Part shown: positions 12,041-23,398 of the stretch, in pieces
Position numbering within the stretch: position 1 is the first letter of the stretch
How the letters are laid out: every line of letters begins with the position of its first letter
DNA from: Stegostoma tigrinum
Taxonomy: Eukaryota
NCBI RefSeq assembly: GCF_030684315.1
Contig: NC_081397.1
Coordinates: forward strand, 10,564,421 to 10,628,420
Reading direction: 5' to 3'
DNA: 64,000 bases
Notes under the pieces: generated by a model
What the model was told of the DNA's origin: nothing
What the model saw: the letters and a program-made list of their open reading frames with translations, nothing else
Database searches by the model: none
Translations under genes and position numbers: made by a program

Positions 12041-15000
12041 CCCGACAACCCGGAGTCGATGGAGGAGGCGTCAGGTGATCCAGGGATGGGCGACGGTCCG
12101 GAAAGCAAGGAGGAGGGTGCGCCTGCAGGCCCAGTCACCGCAACCATCAGGCGGTAAGAGACAGCTGCAGGGGGGCTATAAGAGCTCCTCTGATGAGGGA
12201 GATTCGGAGGCGGCCCGCCCAAAGCAGAAGCTATAGATCTCAAGGGAGAAGGAAAGCAGCACCCCGCTTCCAGGTGACGGGAGGCGTCCTGAGGCTCTCT
12301 CCGACACCCAGCCACGTGCCGCTGGTGCCCTGGAGGGCCCCCTGGAATTTTCAGGTGGGAAGGAGAAAACAGCATGTCCCCAGCCTGATCCAGAGCCAGA
12401 CTCTCCTGCCTCCCAACCCCCGCCGGGTGGATGCCACCCAGAAGGCAGCACACACGGATTCCTGAGCCTGGAGATCGTCCAGCAGTTATCCCGGGCAATG
12501 GGCATGAAGGGACAGATGGATGGGCTGGACCTTGAACTTGGGGAGGGTACTGTGTTCACTGCCCACAATGGGGGTATGAGTTGCGAGCATTAATGTGCGC
12601 AGCGTCAAGTCCACCGCAAGATGTGTGTCCATGTTGGCCAACCTGACCACCGTCAAGGCGGACCTCCTGTTTCTACAGGACTGTGGGATACTGCACCTCA
12701 GCAGGCACAGGGAAAAGGTCCAGCGCCTGGACCTGTGGGCCTTTGATCTGGTCGGGTGGTAACGACTGTCGCTCCTCGGGCCTGGCTATTCTGCTGCAGG
12801 GGCGCGACTTCGCCATCTCTCAAGTTCAGGAGGTGGTGGGGGGTCGCCACCTAGTGGTTGATGTCACCGACAGGAACGCTCTCCGGAGGCTGATCAATGT
12901 GTCCGCCCCAGCGGTACGGAGTGAGCGGTTGGCCGTCCTGCAGCGGCTTCCACCCCTGCTGGCTACGTCCAGGCCGGTTATCCTAGGTGGAGACTTCAAC
13001 TGCATCATTGATGCAGATGGAAGATCCGGCGTGGGGATAGCGGGTGGGGGGAGTCAACTGGTCGTCATGTCCAGATTCCTGATGGGCACGATGAATGACG
13101 CCAATCTGCTCGACGTCTTCTGTATCCCTGCCGACGGAGCCCAGCGGAGATGCACCTGGTCACGGCCAGACGGGTCTATCCGCTCAAGGATAGACTTCCT
13201 GTTTGTGTCACGGGTGTTCTCGCTCAGCTCCACCGACATCGAGCCGGTGTTCTTCTCTGACCACTGCCTCCTGCTGGCCGACTGTCACTTACAGGATGAC
13301 CAGCAGGCCGGCAAGGGAACGTGGAAGCTCAACACGACTCTGTTGACCCCAGAGAACGTCAAGGAGCTTAAGAGGGAGTACACCAGTTGGAGAACAGTGA
13401 AACCCCTCTTTGAGACTCCGGGCAACTGGTGGGAGACAGTGAAGGAGAACATCAAGAGGTTCTTTGTCCTCAAGGGTGTTCGGAAGGCGAGAGAGAGGCG
13501 GGGAAAGCTGTCACTACTCCAGAAAAGGGTGCAGAACTTACTCCTTCTGCAGTCGATGGCGGTCGAAGTCACGGAGGACCTCCGAGGTGAGGGGCCAGCA
13601 AGTCTCACTCTTTGCCGCGGAGGCCTCCAGGATAAACTTCCAGTCCAGGGTCTGCTCCGTGGAGCAGGACAAGACGTGCTCGCATTTCTTCTTTCAGAAG
13701 GTGCACCAGGAAAGCTCTGTGCTCAGCCGGCTGAAGGAGGATGATGGCTCGGTGACGTCGTTCTTGGCCCGACATTTTGAGGATCAGCAGATCCTTCTAT
13801 GCCGGACTGTACGACGTGAAGCCGACAGACAGCATGGCCTCCAAGTCGTTCCTGTCATCTATCACAGAGGTCTTAGATAACAGCACGAGGGAGTGGCTGG
13901 ACCGGCCGATATCCCTGGATGAGCTGACTAGAGTCCTCAAGTCCTTGGTGTGGAATAAGACTCCTGGGAGCAACGGCTTACCGGTCGTGCTGTATTCCGC
14001 TCTGTGGGACCTGGTCGGCCAGGACATGCTGGAGGTGTACGATAGTGCGCTTCGGGCAGGGGAAATGTGCAAGTCCATGACGAAGGGCATCATCACCCTC
14101 ATTTACAAGAGGAAGGGGGAGAGGGAAGAAATTAAGAATTGGCGTCCCATTTCATTATTGAACATGGACTACAAAATCCTGGCCAAGGCCATAGCCAACC
14201 GGGTCAGGTCTGTCCTGGAGTCGATAATTCACCCGAACCAAACCTGTGCTGTGCCTGGCAGGAAGATCACTGAAAGCCTCACGCTGATCGGGGATATGAT
14301 CGCCTACGTGGAGGACAGGAGGGTGGACACCTGCCTCGTCAGCCTGGACCAGGAGAAGGCCTTTGACAGGGTCTCTCATGCTTACGTGAGGGACATGCTC
14401 TCCAAATTGGGGTTTGGGGCAGGCATCCGCAATTGGATCCGGCTGCTCTACACCAACATCGTTAGCGCAGACTCGATCACCAGGTGGGAATTGGGCAATT
14501 TTCCCGTCAGATCTGGAGTCAGGCAGGGCTGCTCATTCTCTCCTGCCTTGTTCATGAGCTGTATGAAGCCCTTTGCTGCAACATCAGGGAGGACGTGAAT
14601 CTGAAGGGCGTGACTATCCCAGACAGCGGAGGCCTTCAGGTCAAGACCTCCCTGTACATGGACGATGTCGCCATCTTCTGCACTGATCGTTGGTTGGTGG
14701 GGTAGGCTGTTGGACATCTGCGGCCAGTTTGAACTGGCCTCGGGTGCCAAAGTCAATAGGGGTAAGAGCGTGGCCATGTTCTTCGGGAACTGGGACGACT
14801 GCCCCTTCATCCCCTTCACCGTCAGGACAGTCTACCTGAAGGTGCTCTGTGTTTGTTTCAATGGAGCTGGAGCGTTCACTAAGACTTGGGAGGAGCATAT
14901 CACCAAACTGAAGCAGAAGCTGGACAGGTGGACGCTCCGGTCCCCCTCCATCGCGGGTAAGAACCTGTTTTTCAGGTGCGAGGAGCTTTCGGTACTGTTG

Positions 15001-16255
15001 TATGTGGCGCAGGCCTGGCCTATTCTCTGGACCTGAGCCGCTGCGATCACCCGGGCCATCTTCCAGTTCATTTGGGGGTCAAGGATGGACTGGGTCCGTA
15101 GGGACACCATGTACAATAACCTGGAAAACGCGGGAAATGATGTACCGAACGCCACCCTCGCCCTGATGGCTACCTTTGTGTGCGGCTGCATCAAGCTGTG
15201 AGTAGATCCTCAGTACGCAAACACCAAGTGTCACTACTTACTGAGGTTCTACCTGTCCCCGGTGTTGTGAAGGATGGGCCTGGCCTTGTTGCCGCAGAAC
15301 GCTCCGAGTTGTTGTACCGTACCGTACCACCTGTCCTTGGTGGAGAAATTTTTGAAAGGAAACCCCTTTGACCACAAGGCCGTCAGGCAGTGGTCAGCAC
15401 ATAGTATCCTCGAGACTCGTTGGGAAAAGGAGAGGGTGGATCCCGTCGTGTGGTTCCCCATGCAGACTGCCAAAGTGGTTCGGCAGAATGCCTCATCACC
15501 AGAACTTTCAAACAAGCACAAGGACATTGCTTGGCTGGCGGTGAGAGGGGCTCTGCCAGTGAGATCCTTTATGCATGCCCGGAATCTCTGCGCCACCGCA
15601 CGCTGCCCTCGAGGTGGCTGCGGGGGTGCTGAGACTGTCGATCACCTCCTTCTGGAGTGTGCCTATGCACAGGAGGTCTGGAGGGGGATGCAGTGGTATT
15701 TGTCGAGGTTCGTCCCGAGCAGCTCCGTGACATGAGACTCTGTGCTCTACGGGCTGCTTCCCGGGACGCACATTGAGACCAACATCATCTGCAACTGGAG
15801 GACTATCAATGCGGTGAAAGACGCTCTTTGGTCTGCCCGCAACTTGCTGGTCTGCCAGCTGAAAGAACTGACCCTGACTGAGTGTTGCAGACTGGCTCAC
15901 TCCAAGGTCCAGGACTACGTGCTGAGGGACGCTCTAAAGCTCGGGGCAGCTGCCGCGAAGGCGCCGTGGGGAAAACCACCATATGAAACCCCTCGCCCAG
16001 AATAGAAAAAAGGTCCCTATCTGGTAACTGGGCCCAGCTGGTACCTTCCTCAACTAGTTAGGGGGCCAACGGGGACTGTGCAGGGAGACGACTGCCGGGG
16101 TATTTTCTTTGTTTTTTTTTCTTCTTTGTTTTGTTTTTGCCTTTCGTTGGTGTATGTACTCCCTGGCTAACCCGGAGCGGCTTGCATGACTGGGTCAGGG
16201 TATAAGTTTTTTTGTACATTGTATGAATAAAGTATGTTTTCTCAAATTAAAAAAA
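12041..16255 (+). mobile_element. Tx1/L1-clade non-LTR retrotransposon, degenerate (ORF1 end plus ORF2 APE-RT-CCHC)
   Basis: APE motifs ILGGDFN, SRIDF, FSDH. RT motifs LDQEKAFDRVSH, GVRQGC, YMDD. C-terminal CPRGGCGGAETVDHLLLEC. AATAAA at 16226 and an A tail at 16249-16255. Many stops and frameshifts. Confidence 0.92.
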
Positions 16256-16311
16256 GCGACGAAATGGCTGAAAAATGAACCTTCAAGCTCAGTGAGCAAA
16301 CTCACATCCAG
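16256..16311 (+). mobile_element. second-family (probable PLE) end directly after the Tx1 polyA
   Basis: gcgacgaaatggctgaaaaatgaaccttcaagctcagtgagcaaactcacatccag is homologous to the reverse complement of 11683-11737. Confidence 0.6.
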
Positions 16312-16775
16312 GATGTTGCCACAGTTGGAGAGTTTGAGTTTCATGGAGAGAGTGAATAGACAGGGCTTATTGTGGTTTGTTTTGCAGCTTGTTTTCCATG
16401 GAGTGTCAGAGGCTGGGTGGTGACCGTATAGAAGATTATTCACGCTGTCCATGCCCCTCTTAATTTTATAATCAAGTTCTTTTGCCCACGGAAGAGGAGT
16501 CCAAATCTGGAGGGCATGGGTTTTGGATGAGAAAACTATGATTTAAAGGGAACTTAAGGTGGGCAATGTTTGCACACAGAGAGTGGTGCGGAATTGCAGT
16601 GAGCTGCCAGAGGAAGTGGAGGAGTTGAGTACAGCTACAACATTTAAAAGGCATCTGGACGGGTATATGAATAGGAAGGGCTTAGTGTGATGTGGGTCAA
16701 ATGCTGGCAAATAGGACTAGATTAATTTCGGATATCTGGAAGCCATGGATGAGGTGGACCCACGAGTGTTGTACA
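16312..16775 (+). mobile_element. degenerate CR1 3' fragment
   Basis: CR1 3' region (gagctgccagaggaagtgg...acatttaaaaggcatctggacggg); paralog at ~39580-40030. Confidence 0.8.
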
Positions 16776-17119
16776 ATCGTCCACACTGCATGAATAGTGT
16801 CAGGTGGATAACTGCACTCCCATTTTCAGATCGCAGAGACTGACAGATATTCGACAAAGTTTCCCTCATTTAAAATCGAATTCTTAACACAATACAGCTT
16901 ATTGTGTACTGCAGAAATTACAGAGTGAAGAAACAAAATAATGTTATACATGAAACGTTGCTGTGAGCAGAATAAATGCATTGTCGCAAATAAAACCTCT
17001 CAGGTACTGTGTTCATTAAATGGCAACAACTAGTTACATTTAAAGTGATCGGTATACAAAATTTCGTTTGTGTTTCACTTTCCTTTGCATATCCTGGCAG
17101 ATCCACGTTGTGTCCCACA

Positions 17120-17240
17120 GTAACCAATCACAGAAAAGCTAATCACATGGTCTGAGATTCTTCAAAATTGCCCAATCATGAACCAGAGTTTCCCCCATCC
17201 CTCATTAGCATTGCTGACGTGGTCAGGCTATAAAAAGCGA
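17120..17240 (+). promoter_or_regulatory. H2B promoter: two CCAAT boxes, variant octamer ATTAGCAT, TGACG, TATA
   Basis: CCAAT at ~17124 and 17172; ATTAGCAT 17204-17211; TATAAAA 17229. Confidence 0.8.
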
Positions 17241-17288
17241 GCTCCGCGCCCATTTTCCTTTATTGTGTGTCTGGAAGTGATCGTTTCT

Positions 17289-17669
17289 ATGGCCGATGAG
17301 AAGAAAGCGCAGCAAGCCTCCAAGAAGGGCGCTAAGAAAATCATCAAGAAGGCGCCGGGGAAAGCCGGCAAGAGAAGGAAACGGTCCAGGAAAGAAAGTT
17401 ACGGCATCTACATCTACAAAGTGATGAAGCAGGTTCACCCCGACACCGGCATCTCCTCCAAGGCGATGAGCATCATGAACTCGTTCGTCAACGATATTTT
17501 CGAGCGTATCGCGGGGGAGGCTTCCCGCCTGGCCCATTACAACAAGCGCAGCACCATCAGCTCCCGGGAGATCCAGACCGCGGTGCGGTTGCTGCTGCCC
17601 GGGGAGTTGGCCAAGCACGCCGTGTCGGAGGGTACAAAGGCGGTGACCAAGTACACCAGCTCTAAGTGA
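17289..17669 (+). CDS. H2B: histone H2B (126 aa, divergent N-tail)
   Basis: Canonical H2B fold ...[23 protein letters not shown]...TKYTSSK; intronless; stem-loop downstream. Confidence 0.98.
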   Translation: MADEKKAQQASKKGAKKIIKKAPGKAGKRRKRSRKESYGIYIYKVMKQVHPDTGISSKAMSIMNSFVNDIFERIAGEASRLAHYNKRSTISSREIQTAVRLLLPGELAKHAVSEGTKAVTKYTSSK

Positions 17670-17709
17670 GACCCCACATTGTGCTGAGAAAACACATCCA
17701 AAACCCAAC

Positions 17710-17725
17710 GGCTCTTTTCAGAGCC
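17710..17725 (+). terminator. histone 3' stem-loop
   Basis: GGCTCTTTTCAGAGCC followed by ACCCA and a purine-rich HDE-like element. Confidence 0.97.
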
Positions 17726-18269
17726 ACCCACAACTTCGCTGAAACAGCTGAACCAACTTTGTGCAAATGATTTTCGGTATGTATTAGTAATGTCAGTCGG
17801 CTTTTTAAAAATAATGTAATTGTTTAAGAACTTGATGTGTGGTCCCTCATCTGCCCTTTATTTTAGGTTGCAGCCATACCCTGTCTCGTTTCCCTGTATC
17901 TGCAAAGAGCATAATTATCTCCAATGAATCATTTATCAACAACTTCCACTTTTTGAACCACTTTTCGTTTGTAAATGATTCTCGGTGTCTATAATTAATG
18001 TCTCTAATCTTTATCTTTGTTTACACAAACGTTCTAAACATTAACGTGCGGTCCCTGTCCCTCTGTCGGTTACTTTCGGTTGCCTTCCTACCCAGTCTCT
18101 CTTCCCTCCCTGTACAGAAAGCACATTCATCGTCACTCAGTCATTTTTTTTCAACAACTCCTGTGTTCCAGTTATTATTTACCCCTTGATCAGGAATTTC
18201 ACCCCCTAGAAAGAAAACTAACTGCTCGAGTCCCATGAACAGATCTTGCAGAATACTTGTCATTTCAGG

Positions 18270-19560
18270 ATTTCAGCTGTCGGTGAGAGGCTTTCAAAAT
18301 GAGCTTAGATAAAGCCAGAGCCAGGATTGCAGTCGCAAGTGTGAAACTGTGTTCAAGGAGAATATGGGAGGGCAACTTCCAACTATTGTTTCAAGTTTTA
18401 ACCCGTTCACCCCGAAAAACGTTGTGTAAGTTTTTATAAATACATTAGCGTGCACTTGTAATGTGCAAGTGAATTAAATTCTAAGAAAAATTAAACTGTT
18501 CAATCCTCTTTGTAAAACTTTACCCACTATGTTGAAGGGTTTTTCCAACTTGTCCCAATAGGGTATGAAGGCTGGATTCATCCGTGGTAATGAAAAGTTT
18601 GATCGCTTATTTGAGTCCCATTAAGAGAAATGCCGTGCGATTCCTTTTTCAATTTCCAAATCTGTAAGGGAATTTATCCGATTTTTTTTCAGTTTGCAGT
18701 GTGTGGGGCTTTCTGTTGTCGGTGAGAGTTTCAAAATGAGCCGAGACCGACCGGAAAGACTGATCCAGCACAATAAGTGAGGGCTATTTTACCATGTTTT
18801 CTGAAAACGGTGTTGCTTAGGAAGTGACAGAGATTGTGAAGTGAACATTTTTAACTGAAAGGAAATTAAATCGTAGGCATGAACGCAAAAATCCTGGTTA
18901 AAAACTCTTGGTCGTATTGCCCATGTTGGCGGGCTTTTCAAATCGGACAGAAAACGGTTTATGATTTGGCGCCGGTATTTTCCTACGGTTTCCACGCAGA
19001 GGAATTTTGTTTTATTTTCAAATCTCCCCGCGGGTTCTATCCGGTTTTGCAGAAAGCTGTAAATGAGGCTTTCTGTTGTCGGCGGGAAAATTTCCAAGTG
19101 AACCGAGAGGAAAGCAGAACAGCTGCCGGACTGGCATCGCAAAAGTGGAAATATTGTTGATCTTGTGCAATCGGGAGAGCGATTGTAAAATATTGTTTAA
19201 AGCAGGAATGCGCTCAACGGGAAAGAAACAGTTGTGATACTTTTATCAATATAACCGGGTGCTGATGTGTAATAAATTCAATCTGTGCAGAGAATAACTT
19301 TCGGCGGGCTTTTCTTTCCCGCTTCCACTTATTCTTCAGTTTTTGCGGGGAAAAAAGAACTTCAAGATCAAAAATAGACGGATTCAACTAGGCCGGGGAA
19401 TCAGAGATTGTGTGAAGTATACAGTTGTATTCTAAAAGTAAATTATCTGGAATATGAACGCATTCTTCTTTGTAAATCTTCTACCCGTTTGAAACTATTG
19501 GATGGCTTTTCGAGTTTGAAAGAAAGCGGTTGATGATTTGGTGCCGGGGTTTTCCGGCCT
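18270..19560 (+). repeat. degenerate tandem repeat (~0.4-0.6 kb units) in the H2B-H2A spacer
   Basis: Recurrent tgtcggtgaga..ttcaaaatga/aaccgaga at 18278, 18717 and 19077; ttggcgggcttttc...gatttggcgcc at 18926 with a degenerate copy at 19498. Confidence 0.75.
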
Positions 19561-19574
19561 CCTCCCCGGGCCCT

Positions 19575-19695
19575 CTCCGGATTGGTGAGTGAAGCAGATA
19601 TCTGATTGGACATTGAAACGACATTAGGAGATACTGAAAAATGTGACCAATCAGCAATGGCCGCATCCCCATTCCTCCCGAAGGTATAAGAGGGC
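19575..19695 (+). promoter_or_regulatory. H2A promoter (CCAAT boxes, TATA)
   Basis: ATTGG at 19581 and ~19605, CCAAT at 19647, TATAAG at ~19685. Confidence 0.75.
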
Positions 19696-19737
19696 GGGAT
19701 GTGGCCGCATTGCAGAATTCTCTGTGAAAGTGTTTGA

Positions 19738-20142
<405 letters not shown>

Positions 20143-20789
20143 AGGGGCCGTTCTGTAACCTGACAACCAATGGCTCTTTTCAGAGCCACCCACAAAATCA
20201 GTGCAAAGCAGCTAGACTGTCACTGCTGGTTGATTAATTTTCATTTTATGTGCAAACATAATTCCTTTTATTTTTTCCCTAACCGAGATAAAACTGGAGC
20301 AGCTACCGGACACGACGAATAAAGTCTGAGGTTTTACTGCAGGGACAGCGACTTGAAATAATAACTCAAAGCGGTATCCCCATCAATACGCTGACGGAAC
20401 AAAGGACATGCAATAAGTCGCCGCAACAAAGAGGCCATTCGATACGAAACCGACCCGCCTCAGAGGATCGAATGAATACATTAGTGGGAGATTTGGTCGT
20501 GCAATTGAAATTTTGCCCAACGCATAAAAATTGTTTGTATGTTTTGATGGGCTTTTCGATTTGGTAACCTTTTCCCACCACCCTCCTCCGTCAAGCTCCG
20601 TTATAGCTGGCAATACGCCCAGTGAAGAAATTTGCCCACGTAGGCGTTTCAATCGGAAACTTATAAAATATGGGGTGCAATACTTCAATTGTGTTATGAT
20701 TTCTGAACATTTATGAACCTGATTGCCCCGAGTTACCTTTTGTCTTTAATGTGAATTAGTGTATCTCAGAACCAACAAATTTCTCTAAC

Positions 20790-20945
20790 AGAAATTATGG
20801 GAACTGCAGATGGTGGAGTATCCAAGCTGTGTAGCTAGATGCACACAGCACGCTCAGCAATATCCCGACACGTCAGCTTTTCTGCTTCTGAGATGTTGCT
20901 TGACCTGCTGCGTTCCTCCAGATACACACTTCTGTTGTCTAAGCT
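20790..20945. mobile_element. degenerate head-to-head PLE terminal fragments
   Basis: gggaactgcagatg... on minus joined to acgtcagcttt...gatgttgcttgacctgctg on plus. Confidence 0.6.
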
Positions 20946-20997
20946 TCTGCAACAGCTGTGGCATTGAATCACATCGATAGCTCGCTGTGGGTTTACA

Positions 20998-21336
<339 letters not shown>

Positions 21337-21379
21337 CTAGAGCTGGGATTGGATACAGTCCCGTCCCTCAACCCCTCTG

Positions 21380-21495
21380 AGAAATGGGAACTGCAGATGC
21401 TGGAGAATCCAAGATAATAAAGTGTGAAGTTGGATGAACACAGCAGGCCAAGCAGCATCTCAGGAGCACAAAAGCTGACGTTTCGGGCCTAGACC
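21380..21495 (-). mobile_element. PLE terminal fragment inserted in the H3 promoter
   Basis: aatgggaactgcagatgctgg...gctgacgtttcgggcctagacc lies between two CCAAT boxes (21348 and ~21547). Confidence 0.85.
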
Positions 21496-22297
21496 AAACA
21501 GCTCCGGAAGGTACGGAAAAGGCAATAAAATAATTGTTGAATTCAGATTGGTTAACCTGAAATGACAGTTTGTCAATTTGAAAAAAGCCCGCCGATTTTA
21601 GGTTAAATATTTAAAGGAAAAATAATGTCCGACGACGATAAAATCTGTACTTTGTGGGATTTTTTAAAAACCAAACTTACAGTTAACGCGGAAAAGACGC
21701 GGGTTCATTGCCTGATCTGTCTCTAACAAGCAGGAGTAAAGCGGGGTGTTTTAACAAAGCCCAGATAAACGAATCAACCGGCCGCCTACCCCCCGTTAAT
21801 GAATCTAAAAAACACCGCCGATTTAAGCATATTCAAAGCTAACAGGGTACTAAAGCTACACAATCTCAATTAATCGGCTCATTTTTATTTCACCCAGATA
21901 TAAATAGTCCGAAAACTGTCACAGAGGGTAACAAGTCATTAAAATATCTGCATGCTTCCTTGAATGAAAACTGAACTGAATTCCTGGGAGGAATGAAATA
22001 GAAAAACTGCAATATGTAACATTTAGCATCAGGGCGAAATTACAAATCGAGATCTGAAATCCGGCTGCGGCACAGTACACCCTCGCTGTGTGCTGCCTTT
22101 CCTGTGCTCAGGTCTCCGTTCTCACTGCTTGATCTTTCTCTAACATTGGACACGAAATTAGTGTATTTTTGTAATGGAATGAGCCAAAATTAAAAGTCGC
22201 GAAAAATGTGAAATAACCAGCTGCAGTACACTGTCTCCTCCATATGTGCTGCCTTTTCCCATCCTCGGGTCTCCGCTCTCAATCGGAGGGTTTGGGT

Positions 22298-22313
22298 GGC
22301 TCTGAAAAGAGCC
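22298..22313 (-). terminator. histone 3' stem-loop (H4)
   Basis: Reverse complement GGCTCTTTTCAGAGCC followed by ACCCA. Confidence 0.97.
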
Positions 22314-22343
22314 GTTGGGGTCGCTGGAAAAGGGACGAGTTGC

Positions 22344-22664
<321 letters not shown>

Positions 22665-22709
22665 TCACTGTAATCGCTGCCGAATGAGAGTGGAGCTGCC
22701 TCGCCTTCC

Positions 22710-22750
22710 ATTTTTATACAGCCCGCCCCGACCTGACTGAGAAAGAGCTG
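22710..22750 (-). promoter_or_regulatory. H4 promoter: site II-like element, GC box, TATA
   Basis: Minus strand CTTTCTCAGTCAGGTCGGGGCGGGCTGTATAAAA resembles the vertebrate H4 subtype element; conserved at ~45793-45830. Confidence 0.7.
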
Positions 22751-22853
22751 ACAGAGAGTGTGAGGCGGCCCGGGCAGGAAACTGAGTGACAGACAGTGAA
22801 ATGTCCAGCTCCGCCTCCAGCTTACGCCCGCCCCCAACTGGATCTGGAACTAA

Positions 22854-23398
22854 GATATCAAAGTGTGAAGCTGGATGAACACAGCAGGCCAAGTAGCATC
22901 TCAGGAGCACAAAAGCTGACGTTTCGGGCCTAGACCCTCCATCAGAGAGGGGGATGGGTGAGAGTTCTGGAATAAATTGGGAGAGAGGGGGAGGAGGACC
23001 GAAGATGGAGAGAAAAGAAGATAGGTGGAGAGGAGAGTAGAGGTAGGGAGGTGTGGAGGGGATAGGTCAGTCCAGGGAAGACGGACAGGTCAAGGAGGTG
23101 GGATGAGGTTAGTAGGTAGGAAATGGAGGTGCGGCTTGAGGTGGGGGGAAGGGATGGGCGAGAGGAAGAACAGGTTAGGGAGGCAGAGACAGGCTGGGCT
23201 GGTTTTGGGATGCAGTGGGGGGAGGGGATGAGCTGGGCTGGTTTTGGGATGCGGTGGGGGAAGGGAAGATTTTGAAGCTGGTGAAGTCCACATTGATACC
23301 ATTGGGCTGCAGGGTTCCCACGTGGAATATGGGTTGCTGTTCCTGCAATCTTCGGGTGGTATCATTGTGGCACTGCAGGAGGCCCATGATGGACATGC
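22854..23398 (-). mobile_element. PLE 3' fragment (GIY-YIG tail plus terminal repeat)
   Basis: MSIMGLLQCHNDTTRRLQEQQ...GTLQPNGIN; matches ~29539-30113; hammerhead core mutated (CTGATGG). Confidence 0.92.

Noticed and set aside
11740-16255. Terminal inverted repeats suggesting a DNA transposon or a twin-priming inversion
   Set aside because: The repeats are LINE 3' UTR plus polyA and there is no transposase. Twin priming would not duplicate the 3' end.
17178-17288. N-terminal extensions of histone ORFs in the ORF track (H2B 163 aa, H2A 147 aa, H3 +10 aa)
   Set aside because: They run through the TATA box or 5' UTR, or use non-ATG starts. The canonical ATGs were used instead.
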